A stretch of DNA of 63,427 nt, counting the filler, from Octopus bimaculoides (lineage: Eukaryota), in the NCBI RefSeq assembly GCF_001194135.2. It is 3 parts of 3 records of this genome, joined end to end, with 100 filler letters (N's around TTAATTAATTAA, not from the genome) between each part and the next. Parts side by side here need not be neighbours in the genome. Positions count along the whole stretch, not along the records: positions 1 to 31,617 come from NC_069008.1; positions 31,718 to 56,871 come from NC_068983.1; 1 more part is not named here. One strand, given 5' to 3'. A program made the translations under genes and the position numbers. The notes below the pieces were generated by a model that was not told where the DNA came from, ran no database searches, and saw only the letters and a program-made list of their open reading frames with translations. This document shows positions 24,274 through 37,007 of the stretch, one piece after another. Within the stretch, counting starts at the first letter, position 1; every line of letters starts with the position of its first letter.

Positions 24274-25107
24274 CAGGGAGCAATGAGTAAATTGTCGCCA
24301 TTTTACATTCTTAATTTCATGCATGCACATTGTTTGTTTTTGATTTTGTTGACTACACAGTGTAGAAGGGTCAGTCGGGCACCGTCTGTGAGAAAAACAG
24401 TACCATGACACAATTCACTCTGCCAGAAATTAGGAAACAACATGCTGTACTGCTTGGCATTCGCACTAATACAAGCATTTCAGATTGTTTGGGTATCAAT
24501 CTGAGGACAGTGCATGTACCGAGAGTGATAAAAATCAAACATCCAGTCAACATCATGGTGTTTGGAGTGATCACTAGTGATGGCAACATTATGCCTCCAT
24601 TCATCTTCCCACATGGCCTTCAGACTCAATATGGAAGCTAACATCAAGTGCCTGGAGCAGGTAGTGCTGCCCTAGGCAACAGGCCCCTGCACCATGCCAC
24701 ACAAGCAGGAGAACCCAGTCGTGGCTATTAGACAATTTCTGCAATCATATCACCCCTAAATATGGCCACCTAACTCCCCAGACTGCAACCCCATTGATTA
24801 TTATTTGTGGGGTGCAATTAAGCAAGAGACCAACAAAACTCCTTGTAACACCAAAGATGAGCTGAAGGCAAGGATTATGGCAGCATTCACCAACTTAAAC
24901 AAAGAGAACGTGCAGAAGAGTTGCAAGAGATCCCAAAGTCGTCTGGAGGCGATGGTTGAAACCAATGGTGATTTTATTGAATGAATTTACTCTTTAAGTA
25001 TTTCAAGATATTTTTTATGTAATTTTGATAAATATCTGTTAAAATGAGATGTCAGTGTTATTTTCATTTTTGTGTAACTTAGACGACAGTTTACTCACCC
25101 CACCCTG
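24274..25107 (+). mobile_element. Internally deleted Tc1/mariner transposon, DD37D (maT-type)
   Basis: TA-flanked TIRs CAGGG..TGAGTAAA.TGTCG at both ends; peptides IMVFGVITSDG, APCHTSRRTQSWL and WPPNSPDCNPIDY. Confidence 0.85.
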
Positions 25108-25792
25108 TATATTATGAGAACATGTGAATAGTTGTGTGTGTGTATTAGCCATGTCAGTGAGATTAAGTGTGTATACAGGAACAAGTGAGCATAGGCATGT
25201 GATTGTATTCAAACAGGAATGTAGACATGACACAGGAGTACAGACACAAACAAATATATGCATACATGAGTGCGCGCATACACACACACACACACACACA
25301 CAAGTGCAGGCACTGACACAAGAATGTACACACACAGAGTATGTGTGTAATCATGTTACACACACACACAAGTCTAAACACAAACGTGTGCACACATTTA
25401 ACTCTTTAGTATTAAGATTATTTTGTCAAATGTAATATTTGTTTATTTATATTGTTTTGAATTAATCAGGTTTTATTTTGTAGTTTATAGATTTCGATGT
25501 GATTGTTTAGTTTTAGAATGACATTATAGGGTAGGTGTAAGAGGTTGGATCTGACCAGTTAAATATTTAGGTTGGATACGGCCAGTTTGAATGCTAAAGG
25601 GTCAAAGGTGAAATACATGCACAAATAGAGACACATTTAGGGGTGTAAACACACACACGACTACATATACATGAATGTGGATGCACATATAAGTGCAGAC
25701 ACATGCACCCAGATTCACACATACAAGTGTGTGTATGCACAGAGTGCACTTAAATATTTATATAGGTGAATACTCTCTCAAGTTTCATATAA

Positions 25793-25836
<44 letters not shown>

Positions 25837-27538
25837 NNNNNNNNNNNNNNNNNNNNNNNNNNNNNNNNNNNNNNNNNNNNNNNNNNNNNNNNNNNNNNNN
25901 NNNNNNNNNNNNNNNNNNNNNNNNNNNNNNNNNNNNNNNNNNNNNNNNNNNNNNNNNNNNNNNNNNNNNNNNNNNNNNNNNNNNNNNNNNNNNNNNNNNN
26001 NNNNNNNNNNNNNNNNNNNNNNNNNNNNNNNNNNNNNNNNNNNNNNNNNNNNNNNNNNNNNNNNNNNNNNNNNNNNNNNNNNNNNNNNNNNNNNNNNNNN
26101 NNNNNNNNNNNNNNNNNNNNNNNNNNNNNNNNNNNNNNNNNNNNNNNNNNNNNNNNNNNNNNNNNNNNNNNNNNNNNNNNNNNNNNNNNNNNNNNNNNNN
26201 NNNNNNNNNNNNNNNNNNNNNNNNNNNNNNNNNNNNNNNNNNNNNNNNNNNNNNNNNNNNNNNNNNNNNNNNNNNNNNNNNNNNNNNNNNNNNNNNNNNN
26301 NNNNNNNNNNNNNNNNNNNNNNNNNNNNNNNNNNNNNNNNNNNNNNNNNNNNNNNNNNNNNNNNNNNNNNNNNNNNNNNNNNNNNNNNNNNNNNNNNNNN
26401 NNNNNNNNNNNNNNNNNNNNNNNNNNNNNNNNNNNNNNNNNNNNNNNNNNNNNNNNNNNNNNNNNNNNNNNNNNNNNNNNNNNNNNNNNNNNNNNNNNNN
26501 NNNNNNNNNNNNNNNNNNNNNNNNNNNNNNNNNNNNNNNNNNNNNNNNNNNNNNNNNNNNNNNNNNNNNNNNNNNNNNNNNNNNNNNNNNNNNNNNNNNN
26601 NNNNNNNNNNNNNNNNNNNNNNNNNNNNNNNNNNNNNNNNNNNNNNNNNNNNNNNNNNNNNNNNNNNNNNNNNNNNNNNNGGTTAATGTCTATCATATAA
26701 TGTGAAAGTCCCTTGTACATATTAGGGATTATTGTAATTATAATTATTAACATTGAAGGAAAGAAAATGGAGAGAAATGGCTAAATGCTTAGTATTTCTA
26801 ATTAATTAGGGAATAGCACAGAAACTTATGTAGGTTTTTAAAATATTCTTTTTGAGCTTTACAACTTATAATCAATTTATTTCTATTGTAATGTTTTTAA
26901 AAGAAACTTTTCAACATTTTCTAACATATGAATAAATTTTTCATACATCCAATTCTCTCCATTTTCCATCTACCAAATCCACTCATAAGGCTTTGGTTGG
27001 CCCAAGGCTATAGTAGAAGACATTTGCCCAAGGTGCCACGCAGTGGGACTGAACCTAGAATCATGTGGTTGAGAAACAAACTTCTTACCGCTCAGTCAAT
27101 ATATGTATGTATGTATTTTTGCATGTATGTATGTGTATATACATATACATACATATACATATATATCTTTCTCTCTCTCTCAAAGTCCATATAAGCAAGT
27201 ACTTAGATTAGAAAGTACTCCCTAGTTCTGTCTGTCCCAAAGCTCACTTTTATACCATATTTGGTAGCATAAAAAATGTACAGGTATATTAGATGTACTT
27301 CAATTTCAGCAACACATATTCAGGAGAAAAATGTTTTTAGTGCATGGGGGAAAAACAAGACGTTGTCTTATACCCCATCAAATATGGTATGCAACCACAG
27401 GAGTTCTCTCCCTGCTTGTCACTATGTATTGCTCATGTTTGTGTTTCCTTCGGTTTGGGATTTGTATTTCAATGTGGTTTTGTATTATATAGATTACAAT
27501 ATAATAACAGTAGAAATAAAGCGTGACAGAATTCTGGG

Positions 27539-27766
27539 TTAACCCTTTGGTGTTTAATCCGCTTATATCTGGCACAAATATTCTACCTGTTTTATGTTAA
27601 AACTGACCTGATTCAACCTCTCATGCCTAACCTATAATGTCAGTCTAAAAATATACAAACACACCATTGAAATTTTCAAGCTACGAAATAATGTGTGATT
27701 AATTCAAAACAATGTGAATAAATAAGCATTATATTTGACAAAGAAATCTGAATGTTAAAGGTTTAA
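27539..27766 (+). mobile_element. ~230-bp TTAA-flanked piggyBac-type MITE (representative copy)
   Basis: TTAA-CCCTTT ... AAAGG(G)-TTAA ends. Other copies near 6569-6765(-), 6819-7031(+), 9520-9710, 16490-16640, 18225-18430(-), 19070-19265 and 25430-25600(-). Confidence 0.65.
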
Positions 27767-28370
27767 GCACCTCATACAACCCCTCATAACCTTTTCATTT
27801 TTTCAGAATTTTCTGAAAATGTTTGCAAATTTGTGCTCTACACACGGAAATTCATACAATTATGCAAAAAACAATTCTTTTATGTGTGATTTAAGAGCAA
27901 TTTAGCTTCTGTTTTTAGCACTTCTCACAACCACCTGATACTGTCCTTGTTTCTTTGTCACTGACATGTATTGATATCTTTCAAATATTTTTATCCCCTG
28001 GAGTTTGGTGTAGCCATCTGGTTTGCCAGTCCCCAGTCAAATCGTCCAACCCATGCTAGCATGGAAAGCGGATGTTAAATAATGATGATGAAGAAGATGA
28101 AACATTTAATGGAATGATGATGCACCTAAGGGTAATCCATTGCCGAGATTTACACAAAAAATTTGGACTGTCCATATTTTAAACTCTGATTTAAAACAAA
28201 AGAAAAAAATTGAAAATGAGTAGAACTTTTAGGATTAATGGGGGCTTATAAAAATTTTTTTTTTTCATAATTGTATAAATTCCCATGTGTAGGACACAAA
28301 TTTTTTGAACATATTCTGAGAATTCCTTAAAATTAAAAAGTTATGAGGGCTTATATGGGGTGCTTAAACC
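27760..28370. mobile_element. Foldback/MITE with ~130-bp inverted arms
   Basis: GGTTTAAGCACC.CATA.AA.CCCTCATAAC at the left end is the reverse complement of the right end, and homology continues ~130 bp inward. Confidence 0.65.
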
Positions 28371-28461
28371 AGAATTCTGCTTAAAAAGCATTTGTTTACT
28401 CTTTCCACTCTTTCTTTCTAAGTCCATGAAAAACAGATATAGACACAAAAGTTGTACTCAC

Positions 28462-28534
28462 TTTCAAAATCCACATAAGCGTCATAGTTCTTAGTGGAGT
28501 CGTCCTTGGTGAGGACTCGTAGCAGGTTGCCCAT
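28462..28534 (-). CDS. CYRI: CYRI/FAM49 coding exon 1 (MGNLLRVLTKDDSTKNYDAYVDFE)
   Basis: ATG at 28534-28532; 73 nt; GTGAGT donor; matches the FAM49 N-terminus MGNLLKVL..DFE with the Gly2 myristoylation site. A probable acceptor at 28598-28599 would add 5'UTR to 28597. Confidence 0.93.
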
Positions 28535-28764
28535 TGTTTCAGCAGTGCAGTTGTAGGAACTACAGCAAACTTATTCCTTGGAGATGGTTTCAACAGTCTG
28601 CAATAACAGCCACAACATCACATCATTATAGACGATAATTAAGAATAGCAAGCACAACTACTATTAATACTACTACTACTATAGCAAACTATTCATTAGT
28701 ATGCTTTCAACAGACTAGAATGATAGCCACAACACCACATTATCATAGATATTGATTAATAGCG

Positions 28765-28796
<32 letters not shown>

Positions 28797-29254
28797 AGCA
28801 AATTTTGTTTATAGTTTTATGATTTTTATTAATTTTTTTAATTTTTATATTTCCATTCCTATCAGATCCTGTTTATCTGTCTAAGAAAACGTTTTTTTTA
28901 CACTCTGGCTACAATCATTTTCTCTACCTCTGTGCCCAGGATGGAGCAACAGTTTAACTGAACTTAAAGAGTCCATTCAGTTAGCAGTGTGGGAAATATC
29001 TCTTGAGATATATTTCAAAATGTGTTTCACAATGCTAAGGATAGATTTGAAATTTATACAGATACAAACAGAGCACATGTTGAAAATTTTCAATAAAAGT
29101 TTTGACATAAGTTTAATATATTTATTTGTTTTGGTATCATAATTAAGTAATAAACATAAAATTCTGTCAATGTTTTAAAAATTTGCCTGATTTCATCGGG
29201 ATAGTTAATCCTGGGACATTCTGTATATGTGTAATATATACATGTATTACATAT

Positions 29255-29307
<53 letters not shown>

Positions 29308-29489
29308 NNNNNNNNNNNNNNNNNNNNNNNNNNNNNNNNNNNNNNNNNNNNNNNNNNNNNNNNNNNNNNNNNNNNNNNNNNNNNNNNNNNNNNNNNNNNN
29401 NNNNNNNNNNNNNNNNNNNNNNNNNNNNNNNNNNNNNNNNNNNNNNNNNNNNNNNNNNNNNNNNNNNNNNNNNNNNNNNNNNNNNNNNN

Positions 29490-29635
29490 AGTCGAGCAAA
29501 TCGATCCCAGGACTTATTCTTTGTAAGCCCAGTACTTATTCTATCGGTCTCTTTTGCCGAACCTCTAAGTGACGGGGACATAAACACATCAGCATCGTTT
29601 GTCAAGCAATGCTAGGGAGACAAACACAGACACTC

Positions 29636-29666
<31 letters not shown>

Positions 29667-29821
29667 TTCGACGGGCTTCTTTCAGTTTCCGTCTACCAAA
29701 TCCACTCACAATGCTTTGGTCGGCCCAAGGCTATAGTAGAAGACATTTGCCCAAGATGCCACGCAGTGGGACTGAACCCGGAACCATGTGGTTGGTAAGC
29801 AAGCTACTGACCACACAGCCA
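29490..29821 (-). mobile_element. SINE family A, young, head abutting the PLE
   Basis: CpG-rich near-consensus copy; its 5' head lacks ~10 nt and joins the PLE RT directly. Confidence 0.88.
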
Positions 29822-30910
29822 CATATTTCGCTATTTACAAAGATGATGCTCTAGTTTTAACGATAAATACCAATGGACCAGCGCAAAATCTGTTAAGGAA
29901 GGATATTATCCAAATGATGCAAACATTCGATCTTAGCATAACAATAGACACCAACCTGACGCTTGTCAATTACCTTGATGTATCTTTAGATTTAAATAAG
30001 AATATTTACAAACCCTATAGAAAGCCCAACAATAGACTTAGTAATATTAATGTAGGTTCCTGCCCCCATCCCATAGTGCTTAAGAATTTAGTTAAAAATA
30101 TTAGTAGGAGAATTTCTAGCCTCTCCTCCGATATAAACATATTTAATAATGTTGCCCCAATATATAATAAAGCTCTTAAAGATAGTAGTTTTAGTAAGGA
30201 AATAACTTATACACCTGTTATTAGTACAGAAATAAAGAAAAGAAAAGACACAGGAAAATTATCTGGTTCACACCCCCTTACTCCCCCGAAGTGACCTTTA
30301 ATATAGGTAAATATTTCTTATCACTTATAGATAAGCACTTTCCAATAAATTATAAATATAGGAAACTATTTAATAGGCATAACCTAAAAATTAGTTTTAG
30401 TTCAACCACAAATTTTTAAAATATAATTACACACAACATACAAAAACAACAACATGAAGCCGGCTGTTCCTGCAGAGATGAAGACTTGTACCCGCTAAAT
30501 GGAGCTTGTATGACTGAGACCATCATTTATGAAGCCATCGTAGATTCCACAACTGCTAAGGACACAGTTTCGTCAAAGAAATATGTGGGTCTCACAGAGG
30601 GAAATTTTAAAGCTAGGTTCAATAATCACCTTAAGCTTCAGGCACGGGGACAAAAAAAGAAAGAAAAAACGACTAAATTATTCAGTTATATATGGTCCTT
30701 AAAAGAACAAGGTATCAGCTATAAGATTCACTGGAAGATCTTGACCAAGTCTAAACCTTACACCAACGGCAGCGGAAGGTGCAGTCTTTGTGATATGGAA
30801 AGATGGCTCATCTGGAAAAGTTCTTTAGACCCCGTTACATGTCTAAATGCAAGAACTGAACTTTTTAGATCATGTCGACATATGACAAAATGCTTGTTAC
30901 GTTTTTGTCC
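29822..30910 (+). mobile_element. 5'-truncated Penelope-like retroelement (RT C-terminal half plus GIY-YIG endonuclease), frameshifted
   Basis: YKDD..., NYLDVSLDL...YKPYRKPN, IIWFTPPYS...NIGKYFLSLIDKHFP, CSCR...PLNGAC, KYVGLTEGNFKARFNNH, RCSLC...LNAR.ELF..CRH. Frameshifts near 30240 and 30430 and a TAA stop near 30418. Confidence 0.9.
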
Positions 30911-31419
30911 CCCACCACCCAAGGTCACAGATAGAACCTGCTTTTTTTATTATGTCTGTGTACAAAGCCTTTCACATGTCTTAACATTTTTTTATATTTT
31001 TATTACTTTATATATATTTTTTGCATATTTTTTCCCTCCCCACTTTTCCAATTGTGCGACTATATACGTGTGTAGTATTTGTATGTATAAGCATATATCA
31101 AATGTGTATGTGTGTGCATGTGTATATGTGTACGGATGTATGTATATATACGAGTGTAAGACTGTATCCGTTGCATAAGAGTGACAGTCATCCACATTTC
31201 TCCTTCCTTTATGTATGTATATGCGCTTGTATATCTGCAGTTGTAGATGTGTTGACAGATAGGAGCGTGTACATGTATACACCTCTATACATATATGTAT
31301 ACGTTTTATGTTTGTGTATGTATTTTCATTTGTATAAATGTCTATATATAAATGTAGGCATATATCTATGCGAGGATGATGTTGAGTATGCATGTATATG
31401 TGTGTGTGGATATATTTCA

Positions 31420-31617
31420 TCATCATCATCATCATCATCATTTAACGTCCGCTTTCCATGCTAGCATGGGTTGGACGATTTGACTGAGGACTGGTGAAAC
31501 CGGATGGCAACACCAGGCTCCAGTCTGATTTGGCAGAGTTTCTACAGCTGGATGCCCTTCCTAACGCCAACCACTCAGAGAGTGTAGTGGGTGCTTTTAC
31601 GTGTCACCCGCACGAAA
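31420..31617 (-). mobile_element. Young RTE 3'UTR copy (ends at a gap)
   Basis: Near-identical to 22885-23065. Confidence 0.85.
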
Positions 31618-31789
31618 NNNNNNNNNNNNNNNNNNNNNNNNNNNNNNNNNNNNNNNNNNNNTTAATTAATTAANNNNNNNNNNNNNNNNNNNNNNNNNNN
31701 NNNNNNNNNNNNNNNNNTACGTGTACATATGCATATATATGTATACATATACATCTCTCTCTCTCTCTCTCTCTTTCTCTCTTTCTCTC

Positions 31790-32162
31790 TCTCTCTGAAA
31801 GTATCTGTCATTACAGTATCGAAATGTGATTGTTTCAGTTAGTAGAATAGTTTCATTTTTAAAGTGAAAGTATTTGACATGAATGTTTTTGTTTCACTTT
31901 TGACACGTAATACTTAAATAGTGGAGGAGATATTATGTTGCCGTGGGCTCGAACTCTGCAAGAAGTTAAACATTTTTTTTTGACTAAAACACAGCTGGAA
32001 CCCTAAGTAAGGCATGTGTAAAATTTGAATGAAATTGGTTGCGTAGTTCTCGAGTTTTAGGGATTCACACACACACACAGACAGGCAGACAAACAGGCAG
32101 ACAGACAGACATACAGACAGACACACACACACACAGACATACATTCTCATTTTTATATATAT
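31790..32162 (+). mobile_element. Non-autonomous Helitron-like element with internal (ACAG)n/(AC)n
   Basis: AAATTTGAATGAAATTGGTTGCGTAGTTCTCGAGTT-(microsatellite)-CATTCTCATTTTTATATATA resembles invertebrate Helitron-type nonautonomous ends. Confidence 0.45.
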
Positions 32163-32179
32163 AATGTAAATAACCTCCT

Positions 32180-32222
32180 AGTAGCAGCAGCTGCAGCAGC
32201 AGCAGCAGCAGTAGTAGTAGTC

Positions 32223-32283
<61 letters not shown>

Positions 32284-32300
32284 CAGCAGCAGCAGCAGTA
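32180..32300. repeat. Compound (CAG)n/(TAG)n trinucleotide repeat
   Basis: Direct reading. Confidence 0.95.
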
Positions 32301-32959
32301 CTGGCCGTCAAGACCAGCAATTTTCAGAACAAGACGTTAGGGAATAGCATCTACCTAGTACAACATTTTTGCCATTATCATAATGGCATCTAAGAGCCGA
32401 AAAGAAATAACACAGGAGTAAAACAAACACAAGAAGAAGAAGCAGTAACAAAAATAACAGCAACTGCAAAACGATATTTACAACTTTAGATTGTATTTTT
32501 AAAGTAACGTTTTTGGTTTAATATCTAGTATCCAAATTTTTTATATTGTTGTTAATGTTATATCATAAAGCAGATACACTGAAGTATAATCTAACGAAAG
32601 TGAATTACATACAAGATAACATGTATTAGTTGCACAATTATTAATATCGCATTCTCTAGGAAAATATATCATGATAGCTGGTGTGTGAGATATGGAAGAA
32701 ACAAATCGAACTGTTAATAATTTGAATGTCAAATTTCTACGCTGATATTTGTATTTCTCCAAAAAAGCTTAAAGGATGATGTATCGCGAAATATGACATT
32801 TTTATTTACGGCGGTTTCTTACGTATTTCACAATTCTATGAAATAGGATACGAAAAAATGTAATTCTCATTAAAAAGGAACATATTCGCATAATTAAACC
32901 GGCCATGCAAAAATTTGCTCATTGATATTCGATGATATCACATATGCAATTCGAGAACA

Positions 32960-33159
32960 TAAAACGTGCATACATACATACATACATACATACATACACA
33001 CGTACATATACATGTGCGTGAGTGTGTGTGTATGTGTGTGTGTGTGTGTGTGAGTTTGTACACAAATACATGCATACATGCATACATACATATATGCATA
33101 TATATATTTATGTATATATGCATATGTATATATGTGAGTGCATATATATTCACATATAT

Positions 33160-33212
<53 letters not shown>

Positions 33213-33243
33213 ATTATATAAATATACATTCATATACATATAG

Positions 33244-33335
<92 letters not shown>
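32960..33335. repeat. Compound (CATA)/(CA)/(TA)/(TG) microsatellite block
   Basis: Direct reading; similar blocks at 51880-52055, 58625-58820 and 60920-62400. Confidence 0.95.
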
Positions 33336-36300
33336 AATATTAGCAATATTTCACTTTTAATAGAGTTTTTGTAAATTATTTATATCCGTTACCTCTAATA
33401 GTTTCTGTCAGGCATATGATAAATAATAAATATTCAGCAATATTTGGTGTTGTAATATTCCTAGAGAGCGTCCAATTATAGAAAGAACTGGGTAAGCAGA
33501 TATACACTTACATACAGTTTCTTATATGTACATCTATATGTATCTCGAAGGTGTGCTATCGAACATTTTCATAAAAGTATAGTGGCTGTCGTGGACCGCA
33601 ACGCATTTGTGTTAATATTTGTATCTTCACCGAAATTGGAATATTCCGTAATTTGGGATCTAGAATCTGCAGTCGTAGTGAGTGTACCTCGGTATGAGTT
33701 TGATGGCACGTTATGCATTCGGCCGGTTACTTTAAAGTGTACCGCAAATCCGTATGTACTTAACTAAGCACACATATGTCAGTATACAGTATCGGTGCAG
33801 AGGTGTGCCATCCTCGACGCTAACTTGGTGCGTTTACTGTTGAAATATCTGATTCTATTGAACCCTGAAAATTGAGACGTGCACACACATACACACACAC
33901 ACATGTATATATATATAGATATATCAGAAAATGGAAAAGAAAATACATAATAGATACTTGTTTCATTCCATTAATATCACAATGGAAAAGTAATGCAAAC
34001 TAAGAATAAGTATAAAAGGAACATGATCAACAAAATAACCAAAAAGTATCCGAAAAAGATCCTAAACACGTTTCAATCTCAAAGTATGTTTGAATCGTGA
34101 ACAATCCAGTTGGCATCCGGATTGCTATTAACAACGCCTTACGAGGAAATTACATCCTGAAACTGTGCATATATATATATATATCTTATGATATTTACTT
34201 TACTTTATATCATACTCATTTATTGTGCTTTTAATTATTAATTTTTCTATATGTGATAGTGGATTTTCATCGATGAGTTCTTGAAATTTGGTTATTTTCC
34301 CTAAAACTATATATTTTATATATACTTTATCTATAAGGCTCAATTTAATTGAAATTTTTTTATAAATTGATTTTAATTGAGTTTTTTACCTGTAATTTTG
34401 GATNNNNNNNNNNNNNNNNNNNNNNNNNNNNNNNNNNNNNNNNNNNNNNNNNNNNNNNNNNNNNNNNNNNNNNNNNNNNNNNNNNNNNNNNNNNNNNNNN
34501 NNNNNNNNNNNNNNNNNNNNNNNNNNNNNNNNNNNNNNNNNNNNNNNNNNNNNNNNNNNNNNNNNNNNNNNNNNNNNNNNNNNNNNNNNNNNNNNNNNNN
34601 NNNNNNNNNNNNNNNNNNNNNNNNNNNNNNNNNNNNNNNNNNNNNNNNNNNNNNNNNNNNNNNNNNNNNNNNNNNNNNNNNNNNNNNNNNNNNNNNNNNN
34701 NNNNNNNNNNNNNNNNNNNNNNNNNNNNNNNNNNNNNNNNNNNNNNNNNNNNNNNNNNNNNNNNNNNNNNNNNNNNNNNNNNNNNNNNNNNNNNNNNNNN
34801 NNNNNNNNNNNNNNNNNNNNNNNNNNNNNNNNNNNNNNNNNNNNNNNNNNNNNNNNNNNNNNNNNNNNNNNNNNNNNNNNNNNNNNNNNNNNNNNNNNNN
34901 NNNNNNNNNNNNNNNNNNNNNNNNNNNNNNNNNNNNNNNNNNNNNNNNNNNNNNNNNNNNNNNNNNNNNNNNNNNNNNNNNNNNNNNNNNNNNNNNNNNN
35001 NNNNNNNNNNNNNNNNNNNNNNNNNNNNNNNNNNNNNNNNNNNNNNNNNNNNNNNNNNNNNNNNNNNNNNNNNNNNNNNNNNNNNNNNNNNNNNNNNNNN
35101 NNNNNNNNNNNNNNNNNNNNNNNNNNNNNNNNNNNNNNNNNNNNNNNNNNNNNNNNNNNNNNNNNNNNNNNNNNNNNNNNNNNNNNNNNNNNNNNNNNNN
35201 NNNNNNNNNNNNNNNNNNNNNNNNNNNNNNNNNNNNNNNNNNNNNNNNNNNNNNNNNNNNNNNNNNNNNNNNNNNNNNNNNNNNNNNNNNNNNNNNNNNN
35301 NNNNNNNNNNNNNNNNNNNNNNNNNNNNNNNNNNNNNNNNNNNNNNNNNNNNNNNNNNNNNATATATATATATATAATATATATCAATGCAAATACATAC
35401 CTGCAAAGCATAATTTGCATTTTGATAAATACATTACCCGTGCTGCTAACAAAAATTGCTATTGAATACGCTCGGAGTTACAATTTTATTTGTACTCTCA
35501 GTAAATTTTGCCTTGTTCTTGAATTAGTTTGAAAATAAAACCAGTTTGAGTTTTTGACATAGCTTCATACATATATGTGTGTGTGTTAGTTTGGTACATC
35601 TATATGTATATATAGATATGGGTATATCTATATTTATATATGTGTGTGCGTGTGTGTGTGCGCACGGTTGTGTACCAGTGCGTGTATGTTATAAGTATAT
35701 GTTTGAGTAGCCAACACCGAAACGCATATAATTTTTATCGATCATATTATCTTCTCTGATAACCGTCTTAGACATGTCTCCTGTTAATGCTACACCGAGA
35801 TTCACGCATCGGCATAATTGTACTTCAGTAGTGCATTGAATATCGCAATTTACCTTTACCTTGGAAAAACGGAGCCGTGTTTTAGGTATTCATTTATAAA
35901 ATGAAATGAAAAGAATGCTTCCATTGTATGTGAGGAGATCCAAATTTACAACAGTTTTAATTAAATCCTGCATTATTTTGTACATTATTACATTCACCTT
36001 GACTTATTACCTTGAAAGAGACGGAGAACAACTAGTATAACAGTATTCCTTTAAAACATCTCTTGTGGTTCTTACTCTATTCTTCCAGCTAAGGTTATGT
36101 GACACTGAAGCGATTTTCCGTGATGCAAACAATAAAATAAAAAAATAAAAATTTCCAACAACTGGCTAACGTTTCTTAATATCTGAATTTCCAAGAATTG
36201 AAATTCCAAACAATGATAATAACAGTTTCAAGACTACAATACATTATATAAGGCAGATTCATAACAGCCATTGATATAACTTTGTGTTTGGAGCGTGTTA

Positions 36301-36972
36301 TCTGTTTTATATAAATAACAGCAGCCCCACCAACAGCAACCTATTTATAAATTCCAATTTAATTTCCTAGAGATCAGCATTCTCTTTGATCTTTCTTTTA
36401 AAAGAAGTTTTAATTATGATGTTGCAGTTCCTGTTGTGGCTGTTATTGTTGTTATTGCTACAGCTTTTGTTAGCTTGTCTTAATAGTATGTTACATGTTT
36501 ATGATGTCGATATTTTTTTCCGTTTTCTTTATTCATAGTCTTCAGTTCTGTTGTTTAATGGAAACACTCAATATTCGACGCTGTTTACAGTCTTTAGAGT
36601 GTGTCTCGTTACGGAACCACGTTTAAAGTATGCAGTAAAATACGTATTGGAGCTGTGTTATAAATATGTTAGCATTCAGATGTCTTTCCTAAATCACATT
36701 TTTCTGATTTTCATAAGTAACTGTGTAGAATAAATATAATTACTATAGTAATTATTTTGGTTAAATATTTCAAAATATACAGGCGAAAATATGTAAGCAA
36801 TAAATAAATAAACACATGCAAATTCTATGCAGTTTTTCCTTATAATGACTTAACTCAAAATTCTAAATTCTAATACCATTACATATTATGAAGAAATGTT
36901 TATCTCTCTTGTAATACCTGCAAACAATATTGAGACCTTACGCTTATATATGTATGTATGTATGTATCTATT

Positions 36973-37007
<35 letters not shown>

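Noticed and set aside
31662-31673. TTAATTAATTAA island between N runs (also at 56916-56927)
   Set aside because: The same 12-mer isolated within gaps twice indicates a scaffolding or linker artefact.
33582-33767. CpG-rich segment open on both strands
   Set aside because: No recognisable protein similarity or convincing splice sites; kept only as part of the promoter-region inference.
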